Positions 50,535-59,045 of a DNA stretch of 64,000 bases are shown piece by piece. The DNA lies in assembly GCA_903832855.1 (NCBI GenBank), contig CAILDB010000014.1, positions 144-64,143 on the forward strand. The letters are read 5' to 3'. This stretch comes from an uncultured bacterium (GTDB taxonomy: Bacteria > Patescibacteriota > Minisyncoccia > Phycocordibacterales > GWA1-40-21). A program made the translations under genes and the position numbers. Within the stretch, counting starts at the first letter, position 1. Each line of letters begins with the position of its first letter. The notes below the pieces were generated by a model, which saw only the letters and a list, made by a program, of their open reading frames with translations, made no database searches and was not told the origin of the DNA.

Positions 50535-51392
50535 ATGTTAAATAATAATTCAAAAGAAATCACTCAAATCGCTTTATTTAAAAAGAAAGAAATAAGAAAG
50601 AAAATTTATAATGGTGAATGGTGGTTTGTGATTAATGATGTCATTGAAGCTTTGACTGATTCAGCTGACCCCGCACAATATTTTAAACGCATGAAAGAGC
50701 GTGATTTAGAATTAGATAAATTAGTTAGTCAAGGGGGGGTACAATTTGTACCACCCCTTATGCTTGAGTTTGAAACTAGTGGTGGTACACAAAAAATGTA
50801 TTGCTGGCATACAGAAGGGATGTTTCGCCTCGTCCAATCAATCCCATCTCCTAAAGCTGAGCCCTTTAAACGCTGGTTGGCAAAAGTCGGCTATGAAAGA
50901 GTTCAAGAAATTGAAAATCCGGAACTGGCTACAAAAAGGACGCGAATGCTTTATAAGCTGAAAGGATATTCCGATTCTTGGATAGAAAAAAGAATGCGGG
51001 GTATTGCAATTCGTGAAGAATTGACCGATGAATGGCAAAATAGGGGAGCAAAAGAAGAAAAGGATTATGAAATATTGACAGCAGAAATTTCCAAAGCAAC
51101 TTTTGGTATAACACCGACTGAATACAAAAAACTCAAAGGTCTTAAGCGAGAAAATTTGCGTGATCATATGGATGATTTTGAACTCATTTTCACAATGCTT
51201 GGAGAAAGGTCAACGACTGAAATTCATCGCCAAGAAAAATCTGTTGGTGTGCCAAAATTAAAACAAGATGCTCACCGTGGCGGAAGAGTTGCCGGAAACG
51301 CCAGAAAAGAATTGGAAAAAGAGCTCGGGCATTCAGTAGTTTCTAAACAAAATTATATTAAAAATCCAGAACACAGAAAAAGGTTGAAATAA
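50535..51392 (+). CDS. BRO-N domain protein (antirepressor-like)
   Basis: EIRK...EWWFVINDVI..LTDS, RLVQSIPSPKAEPFKRWLA, NLRDHM. Confidence 0.85.
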   Translation: MLNNNSKEITQIALFKKKEIRKKIYNGEWWFVINDVIEALTDSADPAQYFKRMKERDLELDKLVSQGGVQFVPPLMLEFETSGGTQKMYCWHTEGMFRLVQSIPSPKAEPFKRWLAKVGYERVQEIENPELATKRTRMLYKLKGYSDSWIEKRMRGIAIREELTDEWQNRGAKEEKDYEILTAEISKATFGITPTEYKKLKGLKRENLRDHMDDFELIFTMLGERSTTEIHRQEKSVGVPKLKQDAHRGGRVAGNARKELEKELGHSVVSKQNYIKNPEHRKRLK

Positions 51393-51417
51393 AAATTATT
51401 TCTGATATATTTACCAT

Positions 51418-53253
51418 ATGGAAAATTACGAAAAACATCCCTTACATCTCAAAATCCCCGAACTTCAGCAGAGCGAAGAAGTTGCCGAAGCAGTAGAAAA
51501 GCAAGAACGCCTGACCGGCGAGGATTTACCGAACGACCCCAACGAAAGAATAGAAGCGTATATGGATCGTTTGGAAAACATCTTTCTCAATCCAGACGAA
51601 CGAGTTCGCGAGCGTAATCTTGAAATGCTCCGCCCTGCCATCTATGATGCTCTCATCATCAAACCCGAGCAAGTTCCAGAATCATATTTTGAACTTCAAC
51701 AGCAAGTAGCTCGTGAACGAGGCCAACCCGTGGAAACAATTCCTCAAAACGTCCGTGAACAAATGATAGATACTGTCATTGAAGACCAAAGACACTCCTT
51801 GGATCAATGGATGGAATATTTGACATCGGATGATGTAGCATACCCGACATGGTTTAAATATTTTGTTTGGAGAAATGTTGTCAAATTATCGCAATTTGAT
51901 AAGACACTTGGAAAATTCAAAACAAGAACGGATTCTACAGTCGCTCCATATCCCGATATCTATCGTGCACCACTTGCAAAAATCCTAGACATTTACGAAC
52001 AAGTTGCGGGAGATAACAGTAAACTCAAAGACCCACAAATTCAAGTCGAATTTTCCAAAAGATTTCCCAAATTATATGCTGAGTTTATCAGTGAGTCATT
52101 AGCCGTTACCATTGAAAGCAAGGAACAAATCAAAGGTAAATGGATTAAATACAATAAAGGTAATCAAAAAGAAGCGGATAAACTTTTTGATTCTATGCAA
52201 GCTAAAGGCACAGGTTGGTGTATAGAAGGTCGCACTACTGCCAGAAACTATGTTGAACAAGGCGACTTCTATGTCTATTATACATATGACAAAGATGGTA
52301 ATCCAATTCAGCCAAGAATTGCTATACAAATGAACGGTTCTGAAATAGGGCAGATTCGAGGAATCCAAGCTCATCAAGAACTAGAGCCAATAATGAGCGA
52401 TATTCTAGACGAAAAACTAAAAAGTTTTGGTCCAGAAGCCGACAAATACAAAAAGAAATCGACTGATATGAAGCACCTCACCGAAATAGACAACAAGACA
52501 AAAGCAAATCAACCACTTACAAAAGACGAACTTTTCTTTCTATATGAAGTCAACGCAAGTATCGAAGGTTTTGGCTATGCTAAAGACCCCCGCATTGAAG
52601 AAATACGAGACAAAAGAAATATCAAAGAAGACCTGCCAATTCTTTTTGATTGCACACCAAATCAAATCGCCACAACTCCGGAAGAACTTACTGCAGACAC
52701 AGTTGCATACATCGGCCCTTGGACTCCAGTTGTATTAAATCAACTCCCAAAAACCGTCAAACATATTTACGAGAAATTTCCTGATCAAAAAGCTTTCTTA
52801 AAAGAAATTACCCCTGACCCGGAAATTAATTCTGCCGATACTGCCATCGCCAAACTAGAAGCCGAGGGCCACACAATGGGTGATTACGGAAAAGATATGC
52901 TTGCAAAAGTGAATTGGGCAGAACAACTCAAATCTTCCTACGAAGTCGTCTCTTTCACGGTCGGAGAACTCTTCGATGACAGAGATGTCCACACATATGC
53001 CGATATCAAATCAAAAGCCCAAGAACTTGGTCTTGACCTTGTCCCGCAAGCTCTTGCCCCCTCTATTCGTTTGAATTATCCAAAGGATGGTGAATGGACA
53101 AATATTGCAATGAATGCAATACGCGACCGCGATGGCTACCTCAGGATTTTCCACTGCAACGGGCGTGGCTCGAAGTCGTGGCTTGGTCTCAGCAGCGGTC
53201 GTGACGACGGCAGGTGGCACGACGGCAGTCGCTTCTTCTTTGTCCGCAAGTAA
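51418..53253 (+). CDS. DGR target (variable) protein with C-terminal CLec-like VR
   Basis: 3' end matches the TR with A-only differences; ends W...RFFFVRK; no signal peptide. Confidence 0.92.
   Translation: MENYEKHPLHLKIPELQQSEEVAEAVEKQERLTGEDLPNDPNERIEAYMDRLENIFLNPDERVRERNLEMLRPAIYDALIIKPEQVPESYFELQQQVARERGQPVETIPQNVREQMIDTVIEDQRHSLDQWMEYLTSDDVAYPTWFKYFVWRNVVKLSQFDKTLGKFKTRTDSTVAPYPDIYRAPLAKILDIYEQVAGDNSKLKDPQIQVEFSKRFPKLYAEFISESLAVTIESKEQIKGKWIKYNKGNQKEADKLFDSMQAKGTGWCIEGRTTARNYVEQGDFYVYYTYDKDGNPIQPRIAIQMNGSEIGQIRGIQAHQELEPIMSDILDEKLKSFGPEADKYKKKSTDMKHLTEIDNKTKANQPLTKDELFFLYEVNASIEGFGYAKDPRIEEIRDKRNIKEDLPILFDCTPNQIATTPEELTADTVAYIGPWTPVVLNQLPKTVKHIYEKFPDQKAFLKEITPDPEINSADTAIAKLEAEGHTMGDYGKDMLAKVNWAEQLKSSYEVVSFTVGELFDDRDVHTYADIKSKAQELGLDLVPQALAPSIRLNYPKDGEWTNIAMNAIRDRDGYLRIFHCNGRGSKSWLGLSSGRDDGRWHDGSRFFFVRK
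53121..53250 (+). repeat. DGR variable repeat (VR)
   Basis: 130 bp, 19 mismatches to TR, all opposite TR adenines. Confidence 0.97.
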
Positions 53254-53328
53254 CTCTTTTTTCTAATATCTTTTACCTTATATTATCCCTTTTTCCTTTT
53301 AACTTTTTTCTTTTAAAAATTTTGTGAT

Positions 53329-53401
53329 ACCCCGTAGTGAAATTTGCCATCAAAAAATTCTCTAATTTTTTTAAAAATAATGGCAAATTCTACTACGGGG
53401 T
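53329..53401. repeat. Inverted repeat downstream of VR
   Basis: ACCCCGTAGTGAAATTTGCCAT / ATGGCAAATTCTACTACGGGGT (20/22); related copies at 29119-29156 and 50490-50520. Confidence 0.85.
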
Positions 53402-53633
53402 GATAAGATAATACAGAAAGTAGGCGAATATGTCGGCGATTACGGTTTCCGACTGCCGAAATTAGTATCCATACATCGAGAGTATCCGTGATCAAGGTTT
53501 CGGGTAGAGTGGTGTATGAAGACCTTCAAAAAATGAAGTTACTTGGTTCGGAATCTAGGGCATTTATAAATGCCGAATTCGATTCAATCCTGAGAGTATT
53601 CAAAGGGTGGTGGTATAGGAGGGTTCCGAACAA

Positions 53634-53763
53634 ACGCGACCGCGATGGCAACCTCAGGATTTTCAACTGCAACAGGAATGGCTCGAAGTCATGGCTTGAT
53701 AACAACAACGGTCGTGACGACAACAAGTGGAACGACAACAATCGCTTCTTCTTTGTCCGCAAA
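53634..53763 (+). ncRNA. DGR template repeat (TR)
   Basis: AAC/AAT-rich invariant copy of VR (11 AAY codons, 40 adenines) between target and RT. Confidence 0.95.
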
Positions 53764-53767
53764 TCAC

Positions 53768-54178
53768 TCATTTCTCTCTCGCTTTTGCGAGAGAGTTTTG
53801 TTTTAGTGTTCTTCCAAGCCAACCACCGAGTTCCTTACCTATTTCATTTGTTCTTTCCGAAAGCCAGATGAATTTCTTGTCTTCAAGAGATTTATTTTCC
53901 CAAAGAATGAGCAAAAAAACATTTAATGTGTTGATTTTTCTGATTGCTAATCTGATGTAGGGGGCTTTTTCTTCTTGTGACAGAAAAGTGGCGATAGCTA
54001 CCGCCTCTATTATGTCAGTAAATAAATTATCTACCTTTTGACCGAGAGTGTGCCTGTGGTTTTTCGGCAATATCTGATAATATTCATACCAAAACTTGTA
54101 AACGGTTTTGATTTCTTGCATTATCGGCAATAATTTTAGTGGGGGGGGGGGCTTTATAGTTGTCTTTTTTATGTCCAA
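53768..54178 (-). CDS. avd: Avd-like four-helix-bundle accessory protein
   Basis: LPKNHRHTLGQKV...EIGKELGGW motifs; between TR and RT; exact start uncertain. Confidence 0.8.
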   Translation of the reverse strand: MDIKKTTIKPPPPLKLLPIMQEIKTVYKFWYEYYQILPKNHRHTLGQKVDNLFTDIIEAVAIATFLSQEEKAPYIRLAIRKINTLNVFLLILWENKSLEDKKFIWLSERTNEIGKELGGWLGRTLKQNSLAKAREK

Positions 54179-55175
54179 AATTAAATTCGTTCATAAGTAT
54201 GAAGATATCATAAAAACAGAAAACCTGCTAGAAGCATGGAAGGAATTTTTGCGTGGGAAAAAGAAAAAAGATGATGTGCAGATTTTTGAAAGAAATTTGA
54301 TGCAGAATATTTTCTCTCTTAATGCGGATTTGAAAACGAGAACCTACGAACACTCCAAATATGAGGCCTTTAATATCTCTGACCCTAAGCCAAGAACAAT
54401 TCATAAAGCGAAAGTTAGAGATAGACTTTTACACCACGCTATTTATAGATATTTATATCCATTTTTTAATAAAACTTTTATTGCCGACTCTTTTTCTTGT
54501 CGTCTGGATAAGGGAACGCACGGAGCAATAAAAAGATTAGACGGATTTTATCTAAAGGTCTCAAAAAACAATACAAAACAGGTCTGGGTTTTGAAATGTG
54601 ATGTTCGCAAGTTTTTTGATTCCATAAACCACGAGATTCTCTTAAATATTTTGGATTCATATATTGAAGATAAAGAAGTCACAGAGCTTTTAAGAAAAAT
54701 AATATCCAGTTTTTACAAAAAAGAAGTTGGTGTGGGGCTACCTCTCGGAAATCTAACCTCCCAGCTTTTTGTGAATATCTATATGAACATTTTTGATCAA
54801 TTCGTAAAACACAAATTGAAAGCAAAATGCTATATCAGATATTCTGATGATTTTGTTATTTTGTCGAAAAACAAGGAATGGCTTGAAAGTATTTTGCCAA
54901 AAATTACCGACTTTCTTAGCGAAAGACTCAAACTTTCTTTGCATCCAAACAAAGTATCAATCAAAACATTTTCTTCCGGCACGGACTTTCTCGGCTGGGT
55001 GAATTTTCATAATCACAAAGTACTTAGAACGAGAACAAAAAAGAGAATGTTTAGGAATATTTTGGCGAAGAATTTCAAAAAGGAAGTGGTGCAGTCGTAT
55101 TTGGGGTTGTTGAGCCATGGAAATACAAATAAAATAAAAAATAATTTGTTGAGGCAAATTCCAGTTTCCTTTTAA
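54171..55175 (+). CDS. DGR reverse transcriptase
   Basis: DPKPRTI, RDRLLHHA, KCDVRKFFDSI, GLPLGNLTSQ, YIRYSDDF, DFLG. Confidence 0.95.
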   Translation: MSKIKFVHKYEDIIKTENLLEAWKEFLRGKKKKDDVQIFERNLMQNIFSLNADLKTRTYEHSKYEAFNISDPKPRTIHKAKVRDRLLHHAIYRYLYPFFNKTFIADSFSCRLDKGTHGAIKRLDGFYLKVSKNNTKQVWVLKCDVRKFFDSINHEILLNILDSYIEDKEVTELLRKIISSFYKKEVGVGLPLGNLTSQLFVNIYMNIFDQFVKHKLKAKCYIRYSDDFVILSKNKEWLESILPKITDFLSERLKLSLHPNKVSIKTFSSGTDFLGWVNFHNHKVLRTRTKKRMFRNILAKNFKKEVVQSYLGLLSHGNTNKIKNNLLRQIPVSF

Positions 55176-55245
55176 AGGGCGGGTTCAAATTGAACACCCC
55201 CTTCCAGTTGTACGATAATTTCGTACAACTGGAATTATTAACTAC

Positions 55246-56286
55246 TTATTTTACTTCTTCCAAAAATTTTAGGACTTTTTCGTTGACAAGGATCATTTCT
55301 ACATAAGCTTTTATTCTTTCAGGTGGAACATCTTTGTAATGTTCCTGCATATGCTTGCTTTCCTTTTCCACATCTTCCTTTGGTGCCTCTATTTTTTCTT
55401 CAATAGCTATTTTGTTTAAGATAAGCTGAAGTTTGGCTCTTTTTTCTGCGTCGGGAGTCCATTCTTTTCTCAAATCTGCCCAGGTTTTCTTTGTGTGTTT
55501 GAGATAATCTTCGGTTTTTATTCCTGACTTTTTAATATCATCTTCAAATTGCGCCTGCATTTTATCAAGTTCGCTTTCAACAAGGATTTTTGGCATTTTT
55601 ATTTCTGATTTTTCTGTAATTCCATCAAGTACAAGCATTCTTCTCTTGTCTTGAGCTCTCCTTTCTTTTTCTTTCAAAATGTTTTCCTTCATTTTATCTT
55701 TGAAGTCTGCGACATCCTTAAAAGCACCAAGTTTTTTTACAAACTCATCATTAATTTCAGGAAGTACGGGTTCTACTTTAGGTTCGCCTTCTTTCTGAGG
55801 CACAACAAACATTTTTCTGATTTGTTCTATGGTTTCTTCAATTTCTTTTTCTTCCACAACAACTTTTTCTGCAGGTTTTGAATTTTCTTTGGAAGCGATT
55901 TTTTTGTAGTCAGGCAACTTTACTTCTGGGGAAGTAGTAACGACAATTTTTATCTCAACCGGCGCACCAAGTGCAATTTTTGTAATAGAGATATCCGGTC
56001 TGCCCAAAAAGTTTGGAACATTTTCAATAATTAGCTCAATCAAGGATGAATCAATGGCGATTTCCACAGCATTTTCTAGGATGGCCATTTCACCAACCTT
56101 TTCTTTAATAACTTTTTCTGGAATATGACCTGGCCTGAAGCCTGGCAAAGAAATCTTTTCACCAAGGCTTTTAAGGGCCTTTACTTTGTATTCCTCAAGA
56201 TTTTCCGCTGATATTTCAGCAATTATCTCCACTTCGCAATTACCGGCATCTTTCTTACTTTTTGTCGTAAATATATTTTTATTCAT
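55246..56286 (-). CDS. tig: Trigger factor (short form)
   Basis: LPGFRPGHIP, PEVKLPDYK, LPEINDEFVK. Confidence 0.9.
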   Translation of the reverse strand: MNKNIFTTKSKKDAGNCEVEIIAEISAENLEEYKVKALKSLGEKISLPGFRPGHIPEKVIKEKVGEMAILENAVEIAIDSSLIELIIENVPNFLGRPDISITKIALGAPVEIKIVVTTSPEVKLPDYKKIASKENSKPAEKVVVEEKEIEETIEQIRKMFVVPQKEGEPKVEPVLPEINDEFVKKLGAFKDVADFKDKMKENILKEKERRAQDKRRMLVLDGITEKSEIKMPKILVESELDKMQAQFEDDIKKSGIKTEDYLKHTKKTWADLRKEWTPDAEKRAKLQLILNKIAIEEKIEAPKEDVEKESKHMQEHYKDVPPERIKAYVEMILVNEKVLKFLEEVK

Positions 56287-56321
56287 ATTGTGCTAGTCTA
56301 TATTAAATTTTGAAAAAGTAA

Positions 56322-56464
56322 ACTAGAAAAAATAGAAACCTCGTAGCAAAATGCTTTTGAAATGCCTTGGGAGGAGCGGCTGGCGACGGACAGAGAAAAT
56401 TTCTAGCAAGAAATTTTCGTGCATTTCAAAAGTTTTTTGTGGAGAGGTTTTTATTTTTTCTAGT
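56322..56464. repeat. Hairpin element family A, diverged copy 3
   Basis: 21-bp terminal IR; CTTTTGAAATGCCTTGGGAG...TTTCTAGCAAGAAA...GTGCATTTCAAAAG. Confidence 0.7.
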
Positions 56465-56472
56465 CTTTCCCT

Positions 56473-56724
56473 CTATAATTTACTTGCACTAGTAGCAATA
56501 TTGTCCAAATTCATGCTATTTAGATCGCTTTTTATGCTGTTTAGGTCATCTGAAGTGTTTGTAATTTCGGCAGTCGCCGCTGTTTGCATTAACGCTCTTT
56601 GTTCTGCCATCCTTTGATTGTAAAAATAAAAACCACCAGTAACAAGAACTATTACGACTATGATAATAGCCACGATAGCTCCGCTTCCGTCGTCCACTTT
56701 ATTTTTTTGGATTTCGTTATACAT
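56473..56724 (-). CDS. Small single-TM protein
   Basis: One TM then short acidic tail. Confidence 0.65.
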   Translation of the reverse strand: MYNEIQKNKVDDGSGAIVAIIIVVIVLVTGGFYFYNQRMAEQRALMQTAATAEITNTSDDLNSIKSDLNSMNLDNIATSASKL

Positions 56725-56782
56725 TTTGTTTTAGTGAATGGATCCCGGCCTGCGCCGGGATGACAATCAGAATTGTCAATTT

Positions 56783-57481
56783 TTATTCTGTTGAAGTAGC
56801 TTCTTTATTTTGCCCTGGCTCTATAGAATTTACAACATCTACTAAGGCAGAGTGAGCTTCTTTTATAAGACTTTTTATTTTTGCAATATCTTTTTTCAAT
56901 TGATTGGCAAGGGTGTCCGTGGAAGAAGCATTAATAATTTTTGTATTTAGTGTGGTTGTAGAGTATTCTGCTCTGAAATTACTCACAGATATTTTTACCG
57001 TGTTTATTTTTTCGTACGCTACGGCGAGAAGATCTTTGGCTGTGGCTACATCTACTGTACCAGAAGCTTCAAATTTTTCTAATCTTGAATTTATTCTTGA
57101 ACTCAAATTATCAAGATTTTTAATGGTTATCTCAAAATCTTTTAATGCGCTCATTTCTACCTTAGCTATCTTTTCTTCTGCTTTTTGATCCTTCAATTCT
57201 TGAACTGCCATCTTTATTTCTGTCTTTTTGCCTTTGATTTCCTCCTTTAGGTTTGTCTTATTTACGGTAGCAAAATTTTTCGCTTCTTGTATTTTGTTTT
57301 GCACATCTTGCCTCGCTTGTTGCATTTCTTGTATGGCCTTTTCCTTTTCTGCTTTTATTTCTTCTCTTTTGTCTTTTATGCTAGAAGAAGCCATGTCTTC
57401 TGGACTGGTGGTTGCCTCCTGTGCCGAAATAGAACCGGCAAATAGGATTGATAAAATTGACATTAATATTATTTTTTTCAT
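56783..57481 (-). CDS. Secreted coiled-coil protein
   Basis: Signal peptide (SISA), K/E-rich helices. Confidence 0.7.
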   Translation of the reverse strand: MKKIILMSILSILFAGSISAQEATTSPEDMASSSIKDKREEIKAEKEKAIQEMQQARQDVQNKIQEAKNFATVNKTNLKEEIKGKKTEIKMAVQELKDQKAEEKIAKVEMSALKDFEITIKNLDNLSSRINSRLEKFEASGTVDVATAKDLLAVAYEKINTVKISVSNFRAEYSTTTLNTKIINASSTDTLANQLKKDIAKIKSLIKEAHSALVDVVNSIEPGQNKEATSTE

Positions 57482-57603
57482 ATATTTTTTTGTAGGCTTT
57501 TTGAGCCTAAGTATTGATTATAGCACAGAAAGTACAGATTACAAAATACAAAAAGGCCCCGAAAATCTGATTTTCGGGGCCGGTTTGCTTCCTTTTTTTC
57601 CTT

Positions 57604-58812
57604 TTATTTCTTGGTTTCCTCTGGCACTTCTTCCACTACTTCCTCTTCAACATATTCTCCTTCAACTGCAATAATATCTATTTTCCAACCGGTAAGCTTG
57701 GCAGCGAGACGGACATTTTGACCACCTTTTCCGATGGCGAGAGATTGCTGATCGGCAGAAACTTCCACTGTAGCCTTCTTTTCTTTGTCGTCTATTTCCA
57801 CGCTCAAAACTTCGGCAGGTGAAAGTGAATCCGCAATAAATTTCTTTTGATCAGCCGACCATTCTATAATATCTATTTTTTCTCCACCAAGTTCGCTTGT
57901 AACTGTAGCAACGCGAACACCTCTCTGCCCAACCATTGAGCCTACAGGATCCAAATGTTCATCTTTTGTTGCAACGGCGATTTTTGTCCTCGCACCAGCC
58001 TCTCTTGCGATAGCTTTTATTTCCACAACTCCGGTGGCGATTTCTGGTGCTTCAATTTTAAATAACTCTTCCAAGAATTTTGGATGAGATCTAGAAACTC
58101 TGAGGAAAATACCTTTTGGAGTTTCTTCCACTCTGTACAAATATGTTCTGATTCTGTCTCCGGCTTTGTATCTTTCACCCGGAATTTGCTCTTCAAAAGG
58201 AAGCACAGCTGTGGCTCTACCCATATCTACATAGACATTTCCTCTTTCAATTCTTTGAACTGTTCCTGAGACAATAGTGCCTTCTTTTTGGCCGTACTCT
58301 TTGAAGACAGAAACTTTTTCTGCTTCCCTTATTTTTTGAATGATAACCTGCTTTGCAGTCTGTGCAGCAATTCTTCCATAGTCGGCTTTTTCTTCGAGAG
58401 GGAATATGAGTTCGTCTCCGATTTTTGCATCTTTTTTGATTTTCTTTGCGTCTGCAAGGAAAGTGTGATGTTCAGGATTGTAGTAAACGGGTTTGTTTGG
58501 GTCGTTTTCTATCTCCGGTTCAAATCTTCCTTCGCCTGACTTTCTGAAAGCATTTTCTTCTTTTGGTTCATCTTCTTTTTCTTCACGAATAATCACGCTG
58601 TCTTTGTCTACGACATTTTTGACTTGGAAAAATTCCATTTTTCCGGAATTTAGGTCAATCTTAGCTTTGATTATTTGACCTCTTTTCCCGTATTCTTTTT
58701 TGTATGCGGTGGCAAGAGCCATTTCTATGGCCTCTATCATCTTTTCTTTTGGAATACCTCTCTCTTGTTCCATTTGCTCTATCACCGAATTTATAACTTT
58801 TAGATCTATCAT
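57604..58812 (-). CDS. nusA: Transcription factor NusA
   Basis: YGRIAAQTAKQVI, S1 and KH domains, AIGKGGQNVRLAAKLTGWKIDI. Confidence 0.97.
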   Translation of the reverse strand: MIDLKVINSVIEQMEQERGIPKEKMIEAIEMALATAYKKEYGKRGQIIKAKIDLNSGKMEFFQVKNVVDKDSVIIREEKEDEPKEENAFRKSGEGRFEPEIENDPNKPVYYNPEHHTFLADAKKIKKDAKIGDELIFPLEEKADYGRIAAQTAKQVIIQKIREAEKVSVFKEYGQKEGTIVSGTVQRIERGNVYVDMGRATAVLPFEEQIPGERYKAGDRIRTYLYRVEETPKGIFLRVSRSHPKFLEELFKIEAPEIATGVVEIKAIAREAGARTKIAVATKDEHLDPVGSMVGQRGVRVATVTSELGGEKIDIIEWSADQKKFIADSLSPAEVLSVEIDDKEKKATVEVSADQQSLAIGKGGQNVRLAAKLTGWKIDIIAVEGEYVEEEVVEEVPEETKK

Positions 58813-58826
58813 AGTGTTTGTTGCGA

Positions 58827-58939
58827 GCTGAATTTTTTGGAAAACAGACGCGAAGCAAAGTGTCTAAAAAGTGTCCCTGGCCGGACTTGGGACACTTTTT
58901 AGGCATTTTGCGAAGTGGATGTTTTCCAAAAAATTCAGC
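58827..58939. repeat. Hairpin element family C copy 4
   Basis: Terminal IR GCTGAATTTTTTGGAAAACA; core at 58873-58893. Confidence 0.85.
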
Positions 58940-59045
58940 AACGCGATTAATTTAATAAAACGAGTTCGCCGTAAGCGAACTCTGAATATCCCTATATTAT
59001 CAGATAGTGAATTTTTGTCAAATGTGGTATAATTTGTCCATTCTT

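Noticed and set aside
53488-53871. 127-aa ORF across TR
   Set aside because: Open because TR is an AAC-rich copy of VR; no good start, and TR is expected to act as RNA
54171-55175. Group II intron or retron RT
   Set aside because: Short, no maturase/EN domain, NLTSQ motif, and a TR/VR pair with A-only changes
50535-55175. Prophage
   Set aside because: BRO is the only phage-associated gene; no structural, terminase or integrase genes
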